Shown here one piece after another: positions 30,256 to 39,866 of a DNA stretch of 64,000 nucleotides (the first letter of the stretch is position 1; the number at the start of each line of letters is the position of its first letter). The stretch is from an uncultured Acidobacteriota bacterium (GTDB lineage Bacteria; Acidobacteriota; Vicinamibacteria; Vicinamibacterales; CAVVIG01): assembly GCA_963745495.1 (NCBI GenBank), contig CAVUXJ010000007.1, positions 165,471 to 229,470 on the forward strand, written 5' to 3'. Under the pieces are notes generated by a model that was given only the letters and a program-made list of their open reading frames with translations, was not told where the DNA came from and searched no databases. The position numbers were made by a program, and so were the translations under genes.

Positions 30256-31698
30256 TTATGGCGGGCTGACGTCATAGTACAGCGGCAGGCTCGACGCCTC
30301 GCTGCCGGAGATGAGCCGCTCGCCTTCGAGTTCGGGGTGCGCGTCGTAGCGTTCCACGGTCAGCGTGAACGCCGCGCCGGCCATCTTGCGCGCCTGCGGC
30401 GAGCACGCGGCCGTCGCGAATCGCCCACTGGGCGATCGGAATCGTGCGCTCCGCATACGTCCCTGTGATGACGTCCACGATTCGTACTCGTTGACGACCA
30501 GCGCGTGCCGGTAGGGCAGGATCGCCTGCGGCGTCGGGATCGGCCCCGGCCGGGTCAGGCGCACGTTGACCACGAGGCGCCCGGCTCGCCGCTGCTCCGC
30601 AGGCGCTGCCCGTCGCCGACTTGGCCGCGCGTTCGGGGGCCCGATCCGGCCGCGTCGGCCGCCGCGGATGCGGGCTGCGGCTGCGCGTCGATCCAGACGT
30701 CCGGGTACGAATCGCCACCGGAGTTGTTGGTCACCCGGGCCCACGCCTCGACTTTCGAGAAGTCGGCGCTGAAGCGTCCGACATACACCTCGGCCTGATT
30801 GCCGCCGGTGCGGGCCTGGTTGGCTCCGCCCTGGTTGTAGGGCCCGGAGATCGCCAGGAAGCGCGGATGGTTCGTCCAGCGCGGATGGAACACCTCCGCG
30901 CCGTCGAATCCCGGCGCGTGGTTGATGTTCACCATCCATCGCGCGTCGGTGTCGACATCGACCATCGTCACGTTGCGGTGCGCGCCGTCGAAGTACCAGA
31001 AGAGCGGCCCGCGCGCGTTGGTCAGGGCCGTCCAGCATCCCTCGCCCAGCTTCTTCCATCGGGCCGTTCGGCAGCGTCGGCGACGCCGGCCCTCGGCCAG
31101 GGAAACATGGCCGCCCGCGTGCCGGCCGTCGGCGCGACACCTGAAACGCTTCCATGCTGACCAGCGTCTTGTTCCAGACCAGCTCACGCTTGTGCGGGCG
31201 CGTCAATCGGAAACCGCGTGACCGTCGCGAAGTCGAGTTTCTTGTTGTCGGTCCCGACGTACACCCACTCGCTGCCGTCAGCGGGATTCTCCCAGAGAGC
31301 CAGCGCGTAGCCGTCGGCGAGCTTCCGCAAGACCGGTGCCGTCCCAGTTGACGATGAAGACTTCGGGAGGACCCGGGCAGCGATGCGGCTGCGAAAAGAC
31401 GATACGGTTGCCCTTCGGGGTCAGCCATGGGCCTCACGTAGCTCCGCCGTTCGCCGAGGATCACTCGCTCGCCCTTGCCATCCTCGGTATCGAAGCCCAT
31501 CAGGACGAGCTGGTCTCCTGACGCCCGCGGATCCGTGCCATCTCCCTGCACCCAGACGACGCGCGTGTGCGCGCCCGTCAAGGTGCGCACCTCAGCGCCT
31601 GGGCCTTCGACGGCATCGATGCCGACGGAGCAACCGGCCGCCAACAAGGCAAACAACGCGACGGCGCCGTGAGAAAAGCTCGGCAGTTTCACGGTCAT
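30256..31698 (-). CDS. periplasmic lipoprotein, probable beta-propeller (TolB-like), at least 4 frameshifts
   Basis: Lipobox MTVKLPSFSHGAVALFALLAAGC. Fragments include VVWVQGDGTD..LVLMGFDTEDGKGERVI, EVFIVNWDGTG, FWYFDGAHRNVTMVDVDTDARWMVNINHAPGFDGAEVFHPRWTNHPRFLAISGPY (30555..31187) and FTLTVERYDAHPELEGERL (30256..). The fold call is weak. Confidence 0.45.
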   Translation of the reverse strand: MTVKLPSFSHGAVALFALLAAGCSVGIDAVEGPGAEVRTLTGAHTRVVWVQGDGTDPRASGDQLVLMGFDTEDGKGERVILGERRSYVRPMADPEGQPYRLFAAASLPGSSRSLHRQLGRHRSCGSSPTATRWLSGRIPLTAASGCTSGPTTRNSTSRRSRGFRLTRPHKRELVWNKTLVSMEAFQVSRRRPARGRPCFPGRGPASPTLPNGPMEEAGRGMLDGPDQRARAALLVLRRRAPQRDDGRCRHRRAMDGEHQPRAGIRRRGGVPSALDEPSALPGDLRALQPGRSQPGPHRRQSGRGVCRTLQRRLLESRGVGPGDQQLRWRFVPGRLDRRAAAARIRGGRRGRIGPPNARPSRRRAAPAEQRRAGRLVVNVRLTRPGPIPTPQAILPYRHALVVNEYESWTSSQGRMRSARFRSPSGRFATAACSPQARKMAGAAFTLTVERYDAHPELEGERLISGSEASSLPLYYDVSPP

Positions 31699-31760
31699 CA
31701 GTTCAAACACTCGCGTGGAACACGAGTCGCTCCCATGGTACTACTACGGAGCCAATCCTC

Positions 31761-31879
31761 GCAGCTCTCAGTCTCAGCTCTCGGCTATGAGCGATGAGCT
31801 GTCAGCTATCGCTGTCGGCGAAAACACGGAAGTCGCAATGTCCGAAAACCGACGGCTGAGAGCTGACAGCTGAAAGCTG
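31761..31879. repeat. composite palindrome of CAGCT(C/G/T)T words; probable terminator after the GT2 gene
   Basis: gcagctctcagtctcagctctcgg..gctgtcagctatcgctgtcgg ... ccgacggctgagagctgacagctgaaagctg. A 10-bp perfect core gctgtcagct/agctgacagc has flanking partial pairing. Confidence 0.7.
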
Positions 31880-31880
31880 T

Positions 31881-32576
31881 TCACCCTCGTCGATATCGCC
31901 AGAACGTACGGAACCCGACGAACCAGTCGCGCAGGCCGATTTTCTTCCCCTCCTCCCTGCTGCGCGGCGAGTAGCCGATCGGCACCTCGGAGATCCGTGC
32001 GCCGCGAGCCAGGAGGCGCGCCGTGATTTCATGATCGGTCTCGAATCCGGTCGTTTCGAGCGGCAGAGAGGCGACGTCGGTGCGTCTGAACAGCTTGAGC
32101 GCGGTCACCGTGTCGGTGAGATAACGGCCCGTAAACGCCAGCGCGACCAGACTCAAACTGCGGCCGCCGAGATACGCCGCCCACGACTGATTCGGATGCT
32201 TTCCCTTCCCCATGTAGCGGCTGCCGTACACGGCATCCGCGCGCCCCTCGATGAGAGCTCGGAGCATCGGAATGTAATCGGTCGGGTCGTATTCGAGATC
32301 GGCGTCCTGGATGATCAGGTAATCGCCTGTTGCCTGGCCGATTCCAGCACGCACGGCGCGGCCCTTCCCGCCGTTGTGCGCCATCCGGTGCAGCGTTACC
32401 CCGGGCTCCGCCGCAACGGCCGCGCGCGTGCCATCCGTCGAGCAGTCGTCCACGACGATGATCTCTTTCTCGATGCCAAGCTGCGCCAGATCCACGGCTT
32501 TGATCTGCCGGAGCAGCGTGCCGATGAAGCGCTCTTCGTTGTAGGCGGGAATGACAATCGAAAGTGTCGGCGACAT
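31881..32576 (-). CDS. GT2 glycosyltransferase, polyprenyl-phosphate sugar synthase (Dpm1/GtrB-like) type
   Basis: Intact 231-aa ORF: LSIVIPAYNEERFIG..IIVVDDCSTDGT..YLIIQDADLEYDP.. Confidence 0.8.
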   Translation of the reverse strand: MSPTLSIVIPAYNEERFIGTLLRQIKAVDLAQLGIEKEIIVVDDCSTDGTRAAVAAEPGVTLHRMAHNGGKGRAVRAGIGQATGDYLIIQDADLEYDPTDYIPMLRALIEGRADAVYGSRYMGKGKHPNQSWAAYLGGRSLSLVALAFTGRYLTDTVTALKLFRRTDVASLPLETTGFETDHEITARLLARGARISEVPIGYSPRSREEGKKIGLRDWFVGFRTFWRYRRG

Positions 32577-32604
32577 GCAGCCTCAGTCAACCGGCGACAA
32601 GAGC

Positions 32605-32677
32605 TTCATCACGAAGTCACGAAGAACACGAAGTCTTCTCAGCAAAACCAATTTCGTGCGCTTCGTGTCTTCGTGGT
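32605..32677. repeat. composite palindrome of CACGAAG words
   Basis: tcacgaagtcacgaagaacacgaagtc (32609-32636) versus tttcgtgcgcttcgtgtcttcgtgg (32653-32676). It lies between stop 32693 and start 32576 of co-directional genes. Confidence 0.7.
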
Positions 32678-32692
32678 TCCAAGGGAGATCCG

Positions 32693-33523
32693 TTAATTGC
32701 CCACGCGACGAGCCCTCAGGTAGCTTTCCACGCGCTCGAGATCTTCCGGGGTGTTCACGCCGAGCGCTTCGATGGCATCCACGCAAGGAAACGTCACAGT
32801 CTCCCCCCGGGCTGAAATCCACGGGATGAAGGGAAGGAAGTTCCGTTCGCCGGTAGCTTCTCCCGTGCCGGCCGACGCCGCGAACGACGTCAGATCGTCC
32901 AGAAATGCGTCGCGTGACAGGCTGAAGACGCCCATGTCACTTTCGCCCACCAGCGGCAGAAGATCGCCCTCGCGGCGATGCAACACGCGCACGATGCGGT
33001 CTGAGCTGTCGCGCTCGAGATGAATATAGGGGTCGGTCTGCCTCGCGGTCGGCATCACGAGTGCCGCCGCCGGGTGCGTGTCGCTCAACCTCGTCACCCG
33101 CTCCACCGTGTGCGGGTGGACCGCGACCTGATCACACCACGTAATCAGAATCCGCGACGCGTCCGAAGACGCGACAGTCGGAGTGGCGCGGAGGATCGCA
33201 TCGAGCATTCCTGTGGGGCTTTCCTGTACCTGGTACTCGAGCCGCGCACCGGTCGTCTCGCCGTACGCGCGGATTTGGTCGGCGGAGGAAGGGTGAACGA
33301 CGATGACCGCGCGATCGACGACGTCACGGTACAGGTCCAGCAGCCAGTCCAGCATCGGCCTGCCGTTCACGCTCGCGAGAACTTTCGGAAGCGTGGTCCG
33401 AAGACGGGTTCCGAGGCCGGCGGCGGGGACGACCAGCAGCCGGCCGGATGGTGGTCGATCACCGCGAGGGAACAGCAGTGGTCCTCCGCTCGTCCGCGCC
33501 CGGCAGCGCCTCGGTTTCAGCAC
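32693..33523 (-). CDS. MobA/GlmU-N-like nucleotidyltransferase (NTP_transferase fold)
   Basis: Intact ORF: LLVVPAAGLGTRLRTTLPKVLASVNGRPMLDW.. The ATG 33523 start overlaps the upstream gene by 65 nt. The substrate is not inferable. Confidence 0.7.
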   Translation of the reverse strand: MLKPRRCRARTSGGPLLFPRGDRPPSGRLLVVPAAGLGTRLRTTLPKVLASVNGRPMLDWLLDLYRDVVDRAVIVVHPSSADQIRAYGETTGARLEYQVQESPTGMLDAILRATPTVASSDASRILITWCDQVAVHPHTVERVTRLSDTHPAAALVMPTARQTDPYIHLERDSSDRIVRVLHRREGDLLPLVGESDMGVFSLSRDAFLDDLTSFAASAGTGEATGERNFLPFIPWISARGETVTFPCVDAIEALGVNTPEDLERVESYLRARRVGN

Positions 33524-35423
33524 GAACCGGCCGATGCGTCTGAAGACGCCCCCCCACCAGCGCGCTCAACGCGTGCAGTCCGTCGACGATGCTGGTTCGC
33601 TTGACCCGTTCCGGGGAGATCGGTAAGAACTGAACGGGGATCTCGAGCACTTCGGCCTTGCGCCGGAGCAGGCGTCCAAGCAGGTGTTGATTGGCGCGCT
33701 TGTGGGTCAACGGAACGGCGATGCCCAGGGCGTCGGCGGCACGCACCGCCCGGACCGCCGACAACGTATCGGAGATGTATCGCCCGTACAGGGCCAGGCA
33801 CGAGAGGCTGAGCACGTGGCTGCCCGCGTAACTGGCGGCGCCGAGCAGGACCTTGTGATGGTATCGCAGACGGTACGACTCCTGAATGTCGCGAATCGAC
33901 AAGCGCCGGCTGCCCCACACCGCATCGAGACGTCCGAACGTCAGATGCGAGGCAAGCCCGGCGATGTCCTCGCCGCGGTACATGCCGGACGACTCGAAGA
34001 GGATGACGTAATCGAAGGCCCTCTCTTGAACGGCGAGCCGGAATTGCTGTTCGACCGTCAGCGTGTCGCGCGGATGCAAGGCTTCCACGCGCATCGGCAG
34101 CGAGGCCACAAACCCCGGCTCGAGGGGATCTCCCTCGTAGAACGCCGTGACATCGACAGGGAGTTCGGCAATCCCGCCGCGGACCATCTCGAGGAGGCTC
34201 TGCGCCACTTTGTTGAGGGAGCCGGCATCGTGCAGCAGCACCGCCACTTTCTGGCGGTCCCGCCGTTGGAGGAGGGACCGGATGAACGGTCCGAGAATCT
34301 TTGCCGCGTCGTGCCGGCCGGTGACGCCATCCTCGTAGTTGGCGATCCGGACGAGCCGCGGGTCCTCGAGCGCGTCGATGTGACCAAGCGGCACGTAGGG
34401 TGACCCGGCCTCGGCCCCGCCCGGGTCGTTGACGATGTAGTGCGTGATCAGGCACGGCGTTGGAGCGCGCACGGCGCCCTTCTCCTCGAGATAGTGCAGC
34501 GCGCGCTCGATGATGTCCACGGCGGTGCTGCCGGCGATCTCCGCGTCGGCCTGAAGATTCGTGACGAGCAGCTTGATCGCCCCCAGGTTCCGGGCGATCG
34601 CCGTGCTGAGGCCGGGCGTCAGATACGACGGAAACAAGCTCGAGTGCTGGGTGCCCGGGGCATAGATGATCAGATCAGCGACCCTCAGCCGTTCGGCCAG
34701 CCGGGGATTCAACCGGACCGTCGCGCGGCGGCCCTCGAACATCGCCGCGGCGCGCGCGCCGTTGCGAGTCACGCTGTCCCGCTCGACCTCCGATAGCGGC
34801 CGATCGATCAGGTAGATGTCCTTGATCCGATTCTGGCCGGCCGCACCGACAATCTCCCCTTCGCTGCCGAGGACTGTGTCGTCCGCGCCGATCGCTACCA
34901 GGTAGGCGTTGGTCCCGTCGGTGACGTTCTCGATCAGGCCGACGGGCAAACCCAGAAGGCCGCAGTAATCGTCAATCGCCGCGTTGAAGTGGCGGCCGGC
35001 AAGCAGGAACGAACCGGCAAAGACCAGGTTCCCGACGCTGCAGTCGGAGAAATCGAACGGACGGCCGATCCGGCCGAATTCGTCGATGAATGCGTCGAGC
35101 CGTCTCGCGACCGGTGGCGTCGCCTCTGCCATGCGACGCAACGTGGCGACGGCCTCTCCGGGCGAGAGCCGGTCCGGGAGCCGGGTATCCAGCAATTCGA
35201 CGAGCGATGGCGCACACGTGCCCAGCTCGAGCCCGAGGCGCGAAGCATTCTTGCGAAAGTCCGACGGCCCGAGGCTGTCGCCCAGGAACCGGCGCACTTC
35301 ACCCGTCGAGGCGCCATCGTCGTACCCGTTGATCGCCAGGGTGAGACGGATCCGCGGATCTCTGACGAGCTCTTTCGACAGGACGCCGGAGCCGCGGCCG
35401 CCGGAGAAGAGGACCACGCGCAT
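33459..35423 (-). CDS. CofD/YvcK-like (UPF0052) domain fused to a GT2-like C-terminal domain
   Basis: Internal ATG 35423 of ORF 33459..35612: MRVVLFSGGRGSGVLSKELV..INGYDDGASTGE..IIYAPGTQHSSLFPS (CofD-like). C-terminal half: ..YVILFESSGMYRGEDI..AVWGSRRLS..ISDTLSAVRAVRA (GT2-like, degenerate DxD). Intact. Confidence 0.7.
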   Translation of the reverse strand: MRVVLFSGGRGSGVLSKELVRDPRIRLTLAINGYDDGASTGEVRRFLGDSLGPSDFRKNASRLGLELGTCAPSLVELLDTRLPDRLSPGEAVATLRRMAEATPPVARRLDAFIDEFGRIGRPFDFSDCSVGNLVFAGSFLLAGRHFNAAIDDYCGLLGLPVGLIENVTDGTNAYLVAIGADDTVLGSEGEIVGAAGQNRIKDIYLIDRPLSEVERDSVTRNGARAAAMFEGRRATVRLNPRLAERLRVADLIIYAPGTQHSSLFPSYLTPGLSTAIARNLGAIKLLVTNLQADAEIAGSTAVDIIERALHYLEEKGAVRAPTPCLITHYIVNDPGGAEAGSPYVPLGHIDALEDPRLVRIANYEDGVTGRHDAAKILGPFIRSLLQRRDRQKVAVLLHDAGSLNKVAQSLLEMVRGGIAELPVDVTAFYEGDPLEPGFVASLPMRVEALHPRDTLTVEQQFRLAVQERAFDYVILFESSGMYRGEDIAGLASHLTFGRLDAVWGSRRLSIRDIQESYRLRYHHKVLLGAASYAGSHVLSLSCLALYGRYISDTLSAVRAVRAADALGIAVPLTHKRANQHLLGRLLRRKAEVLEIPVQFLPISPERVKRTSIVDGLHALSALVGGRLQTHRPVRAETEALPGADERRTTAVPSR

Positions 35424-35427
35424 CCGT

Positions 35428-36562
35428 CTACCACTCCACCCATCGCGTAATGCCCAGAGTGCGGAACGTTGCGAGTCCGCTGAAGTTGCTGTGGCAAAGG
35501 TACCATCGACTGTTTTCAGTACACCGCGGTGACATGGTCCGTGCCGTCGGCTCACGCCCGGCGATCCGGAGTTCCTTGTCGATGAACTCCCAGTGCACCC
35601 TGTAGTCGACACAGGCGTCTGCCCGGTTCGCGACCTTGGCGACGCACAGACCGCCGAAATTGAACTTCACCGGCGGCAAACCGGTGATCGAGGACCCCGT
35701 AGTAGACAAACTCCGCTCGATTCCGGTCGACATACGTTCTTCTCGGCTGCTGCGCCCCGAGCCTCGTCGCACGTGGTCGAGAAGTTGTGCAGAACCTGAT
35801 CGGTCGGCACGTCCGACTGGGAGAAGAGTGTCAGGAAGTCCTCCCCCATGTCGAGGATTTCCTTCTGCGAGTCGTGCACATCGACGGCGAAGGTTCGCGA
35901 CGTGGTATTGGAGTGACCGACCCCGCCCTCGGTGAATGACTCGGTGACCGTCAGCACCACTGCCACCGTGGAGGGAGTCGGCGACAGGGTGGCGGGCACG
36001 TGCCACGAGACTGTGGCGCCCGAACCGCTGAACGACGCCCGGACCGCTCCAGGCGTAGGCAAGAGCGCCGGCTGGCGTCTCGACGTCGGTCACGGTCGCC
36101 ACCAGGGTGATCGTCTCGTCGAGGTCCGCGAAGCCGCTTGGTTGGTTCGTCCGTGAGCCGATGCTCCGGATACTCGCGATGACGGGGCGCCTGATTCGCG
36201 CCGGACGGAGCCACAAACGTGAACCCGCGGGTCAGGATTGCCGTTCGGCCACCCGACGTCACAACCACGTCGACGGCCCCTGCCGCGCTCGACGCAGGAG
36301 TCGCCGCGGTGATGGCCTGGGCGCCTTGAACAGCAACGAGCGATGCCGCCGCTCCGCCAATCGTGACCGTCGCGTCGCTCGAGAACCCCCTGCCGCTGAT
36401 GGACACCGGCGTGCCACCTCTCGTGCTGCCGGTCGCCGGCGAGATCGCGGAAATCGACAGCCCGGTCGGCGTGGGCCCGGTCGTCGAGTCTCCGCAGCCT
36501 CCCGCCGCCATCAGGAGAGCTACGACGCCGACCCGGAGGTGACGAAGACTCGAGATCTGCAA
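35428..36562 (-). CDS. lipoprotein with IPT/TIG domain and Cys-containing C-terminal domain, about 3 frameshifts
   Basis: TTG 36562: (M)QISSLRHLRVGVVALLMAAGGC, then ISAISPATGSTRGGTPVSISGRGFSSDATVTIGG..VDVVVTSGG (IPT/TIG; ORF 35951..36658). It continues in 35428..36216 and 35667..36062. Confidence 0.6.
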
Positions 36563-36581
36563 GCCCGTTGACCGCTGCTCG

Positions 36582-37742
36582 TCAATCGGGAGTGGAGCCT
36601 GCGGCCGCGGGCACTCTGACGGGCGCGCCGCGCCGCTTCTCTCGTGTGGCCCGAACAAGGAATTTCACGTACGGCACGATCTGCTTCACGGCCGCGACGT
36701 TCATCTGGCAGGGGCTGAGGCACGTCGGACACTGCTCGTCGCGAATCGAGTCCCGGTGCTGCTGGCTCGACACCCGGAAGTACAACTCTTCAGGATCTTC
36801 TTCGAGGACGTTCCCGACAACCTTGCTGTTCTCGCAGAAGAACAGACCCCCATCCGGGTTCAACATGATCCCCTGGGTCTGAAACGGACACGGCGCCTCG
36901 CGGTGATACCCGTTGCCGATCATGTCGGCGTAGTGCAGGTGGATGTAGTTCTGGCCGTCGAGCAGCGGATCCATCCGCACGCGCTCCAGGAAGAACTGCC
37001 GCATGCGCTCTTCCTCGCGGCCGATCGGCTTGCATGTGGTCGCCAGATCGGCGTTGCCGAGCATGGGATCGGAGAAGCGCACCATGTTGAAGACGATGTC
37101 GAGCTTCTCGCGCTTCGCCCAGGACAGGATGTTCTCGGTGTCGTCGATGTTCTTGTTGAAGATGGTGGCCGAGACCCCGAAGTTGAACGGGATGCGCTTC
37201 TGCAGCGCCTGCATCGCGCGGATGGTCTCGTTCGCCTTCTCGAAGCCCCGCTTCACCTGGCGGACCTCGTTGTGCATCTCGCCGACGCCGTCGATCGAGA
37301 CGCGCGTGCTGAAAATGACGCCGCGCTCGTGGCAGAGCTCGGCGACCCTGGTGAGCATCGGAATGGCCCGGTGCGGCGTGAGCCCCGTGGTGTTGATCCC
37401 GTACTTCCGCAGCCTCGGCAGCCGATCGAGGATGACCTGCGAGATCTCGACCATGTCGTTACGCGTTGTCGGCTCTCCGCCCGAGAGCATGGCCATCTCG
37501 ACCTTCCGCCACAGCGGCGACGCGAACACGCGGTCGATCTGCTCGAGCGTCATGTCGGACTTGCGGTCCCCGCGCTGCCAGTTGCTGCACATCTCACAGC
37601 GCGCGTCGCAGACGAACGTGCAGTGGAAGATGATCACCGTGGGGTGAATCGCCTTGAAACGGGCGACGTACGCGTTGACGAGGTCGCGCGGCGCGCTCGC
37701 CGCCGCCTTGGCGAGGTACTTCAACGCATAGGTTTGGGCCAT
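36582..37742 (-). CDS. radical SAM protein with SPASM-like C-terminal Cys cluster
   Basis: Intact 386-aa ORF: FHCTFVCDARCEMC (CxxxCxxC), SGGEPT, C-terminal CPFQTQGIMLNPDGGLFFCEN..CPTCLSPC. Confidence 0.8.
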   Translation of the reverse strand: MAQTYALKYLAKAAASAPRDLVNAYVARFKAIHPTVIIFHCTFVCDARCEMCSNWQRGDRKSDMTLEQIDRVFASPLWRKVEMAMLSGGEPTTRNDMVEISQVILDRLPRLRKYGINTTGLTPHRAIPMLTRVAELCHERGVIFSTRVSIDGVGEMHNEVRQVKRGFEKANETIRAMQALQKRIPFNFGVSATIFNKNIDDTENILSWAKREKLDIVFNMVRFSDPMLGNADLATTCKPIGREEERMRQFFLERVRMDPLLDGQNYIHLHYADMIGNGYHREAPCPFQTQGIMLNPDGGLFFCENSKVVGNVLEEDPEELYFRVSSQQHRDSIRDEQCPTCLSPCQMNVAAVKQIVPYVKFLVRATREKRRGAPVRVPAAAGSTPD

Positions 37743-37784
37743 GAACTACTTGATTTTACGCGTCTTAGGCCTCATCGTAAAGCC

Positions 37785-39785
37785 GTGATTTCGAGCCTGG
37801 CCCCTGCCGGAACCGACCGCCTCGACGATGCCGCGCTCGCCCGGCTGGGCCGCGCCGCCCTGTTTGTGCTCTTCAGCTACGTCTTTCTCGCGAATGCCTG
37901 GCTCGGCGACGACGCGTACATCACGTTCCGGGTGGTCTGGAACTTCCTTCACGGGTACGGGATCACGTTCAACCCGGACGAGCGTGTGCAAGCGTACACC
38001 CACCCCCTGTGGATGCTGGTCCTCGCCGCGGCGCACGGTGTCACTCGCGAGTTCTTCTTCACCGCGACCGTCCTCTCCTGGGCGTTCAGCATCGCCGCCG
38101 TCGCGGTGCTCGTGCGCTGGGCACGGACGCTGCCGCGCGCCGCGCTGCTCGTCGCATGGCTGGTGAGTTCGAAGGCGTTTATCGACTACACCTCCTCGGG
38201 GCTCGAATACCCTCTGAGCTATCTGCTCCTGGCGCTGTTCTATACGCGCTACCTGGACCGGCCATTCGGCGCGCCGCTCGCGACGCGGGAGCTGCGATGG
38301 TTCGTCGTGGTCGCCTCGCTCGCGTTTCTGACCCGACCGGATGCCGTGCTGCTGTACGCCGTGCCGGTCGGCGCGATGGTGGCGCAGAGCCTCCGGCTGC
38401 GCGGACGCCGGGCGCTCGGACCCGTGGCGGCCGGGCTCGCGCCGGCGATTCTGTGGCTCGGCTTCGCGACGCTCTACTACGGGTTTCCGCTGCCGAACAC
38501 GTATTACGCGAAGGTCGCGACCGGCATCCCACGCTTCCTGATGATGCGCCAGGGCGCCGCGTACGTGCTGAACAGCATCAGCCACGATCCGATCACGCTC
38601 GGCACGATCGCCTTGTCGCTGATGTTCGCGTGGCGAACGCACGGCGCCGCTCGGAGGGCGGCTGTCTCCGCGGCTTTGTACGTGGCGTACACCGTCTCGG
38701 TCGGCGGCGATTTCATGAGCGGCCGTTTCTTCGCGATGCCCTTTCTCGTCGCCCTGATGACCGTCATCCCCGAAGTCGGCGCGTCCGGCGCGCCGTGGGC
38801 AGCGGGCGCGTTGCTCGTCTACAACCTGCTCATGCCGATCGTGCCGGTGAAGACGACCGCCTCGTATGACGCGGCGTGGGTGTGGCGCACGCAGAACGGC
38901 ATCAAGGACGAGCGGGGACACTACCACCGGGGAACCAACGTCCTGTTTTTCAGCCCCTTCAGGGAGCTGCCCGACTTTGTCTGGGTCCGGGAGGGTCTCA
39001 GCTTCCGCAATGGCGCGGAGAAGGTGACGATCCAGGGGAGCATCGGATTCTTCGGTCTCTACGCCGGGCCGACCAAGTTCCTCATCGATCGAAACGCCTT
39101 GTCCGATCCGCTGCTGGCGCGACTGCCCGTGTCTCCCCGCCTGTACTTCGAGTTCTACGCGAGCCACTACTTCCGGGATCTTCCCGCGGGCTACGTCGAG
39201 TCGTGCAACCGCGGCGAGAACCTCCTGCAGGACCCGCTGCTGCACGACTATTACGATCGGTTGCGCAACGTCACCCGGGGACCGCTCTTCCGAACGGCAC
39301 GATTCCGAGACATCTGGAACCTGAATCTCGGCCGGTTCCGGAATCTGCACGAGATGTACGAGAAGCGCCGGGAGGTCGAGCTCTCGGTTCGAGCGGACAA
39401 CGAGCGGTTTCTGACCGACGTCGGCAATCGCGATCAAGTCGCGGGCGCTTTGCGCGCGACGGGCCGCGCCGGCTATCTGCAGTACGGTCCCCGCATCCCG
39501 ATCAAGAAGGGGTATTACCGCGCACGATGGGTCGGCACCGTTGATGCGGCGCCAGGCGGCCAGATCGGGTACGTCGAGGTCTGGGGCGGACCGGAGCAGC
39601 GCCTCGATCGGCAGCCGGTCACGACCGCCGGACTCGACGCGCACCGCCGGCTGGCCCACATCGACTTCAACCTGCCCGACGACCTCGAAGCGCTGGAGTA
39701 CCGGTTTTACGTCAACCAGGGCGTCCGGATGACCCTCGAACGCGTCGAGCTGTTTTCCGCGACGGCTGTGCCGGCCGACAATTGA
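37785..39785 (+). CDS. GT-C-fold membrane glycosyltransferase (arabinofuranosyltransferase-like N-terminal DD motif)
   Basis: GTG 37785 in the frame of ORF 36756..39785. The upstream 1 kb of that ORF is an antisense shadow of the radical SAM gene. AWLGDDAYITFRVVWNFLHGYG, about 12 TM helices and a large C-terminal soluble domain. Intact. Confidence 0.7.
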   Translation: MISSLAPAGTDRLDDAALARLGRAALFVLFSYVFLANAWLGDDAYITFRVVWNFLHGYGITFNPDERVQAYTHPLWMLVLAAAHGVTREFFFTATVLSWAFSIAAVAVLVRWARTLPRAALLVAWLVSSKAFIDYTSSGLEYPLSYLLLALFYTRYLDRPFGAPLATRELRWFVVVASLAFLTRPDAVLLYAVPVGAMVAQSLRLRGRRALGPVAAGLAPAILWLGFATLYYGFPLPNTYYAKVATGIPRFLMMRQGAAYVLNSISHDPITLGTIALSLMFAWRTHGAARRAAVSAALYVAYTVSVGGDFMSGRFFAMPFLVALMTVIPEVGASGAPWAAGALLVYNLLMPIVPVKTTASYDAAWVWRTQNGIKDERGHYHRGTNVLFFSPFRELPDFVWVREGLSFRNGAEKVTIQGSIGFFGLYAGPTKFLIDRNALSDPLLARLPVSPRLYFEFYASHYFRDLPAGYVESCNRGENLLQDPLLHDYYDRLRNVTRGPLFRTARFRDIWNLNLGRFRNLHEMYEKRREVELSVRADNERFLTDVGNRDQVAGALRATGRAGYLQYGPRIPIKKGYYRARWVGTVDAAPGGQIGYVEVWGGPEQRLDRQPVTTAGLDAHRRLAHIDFNLPDDLEALEYRFYVNQGVRMTLERVELFSATAVPADN

Positions 39786-39866
39786 CCGCGCTGCGTCGGC
39801 CAGGTCGTCCATGCTGAAGCATCCCGCGCATGTGTCACGTTTTCGGCAGTAATAGAATGAATGTAA

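Noticed and set aside
36756-37784. First ~340 codons of the 1009-aa ORF 36756..39785
   Set aside because: This part is an antisense shadow of the radical SAM gene (D/E/R/H-rich with no TM helices). The membrane protein begins at GTG 37785.
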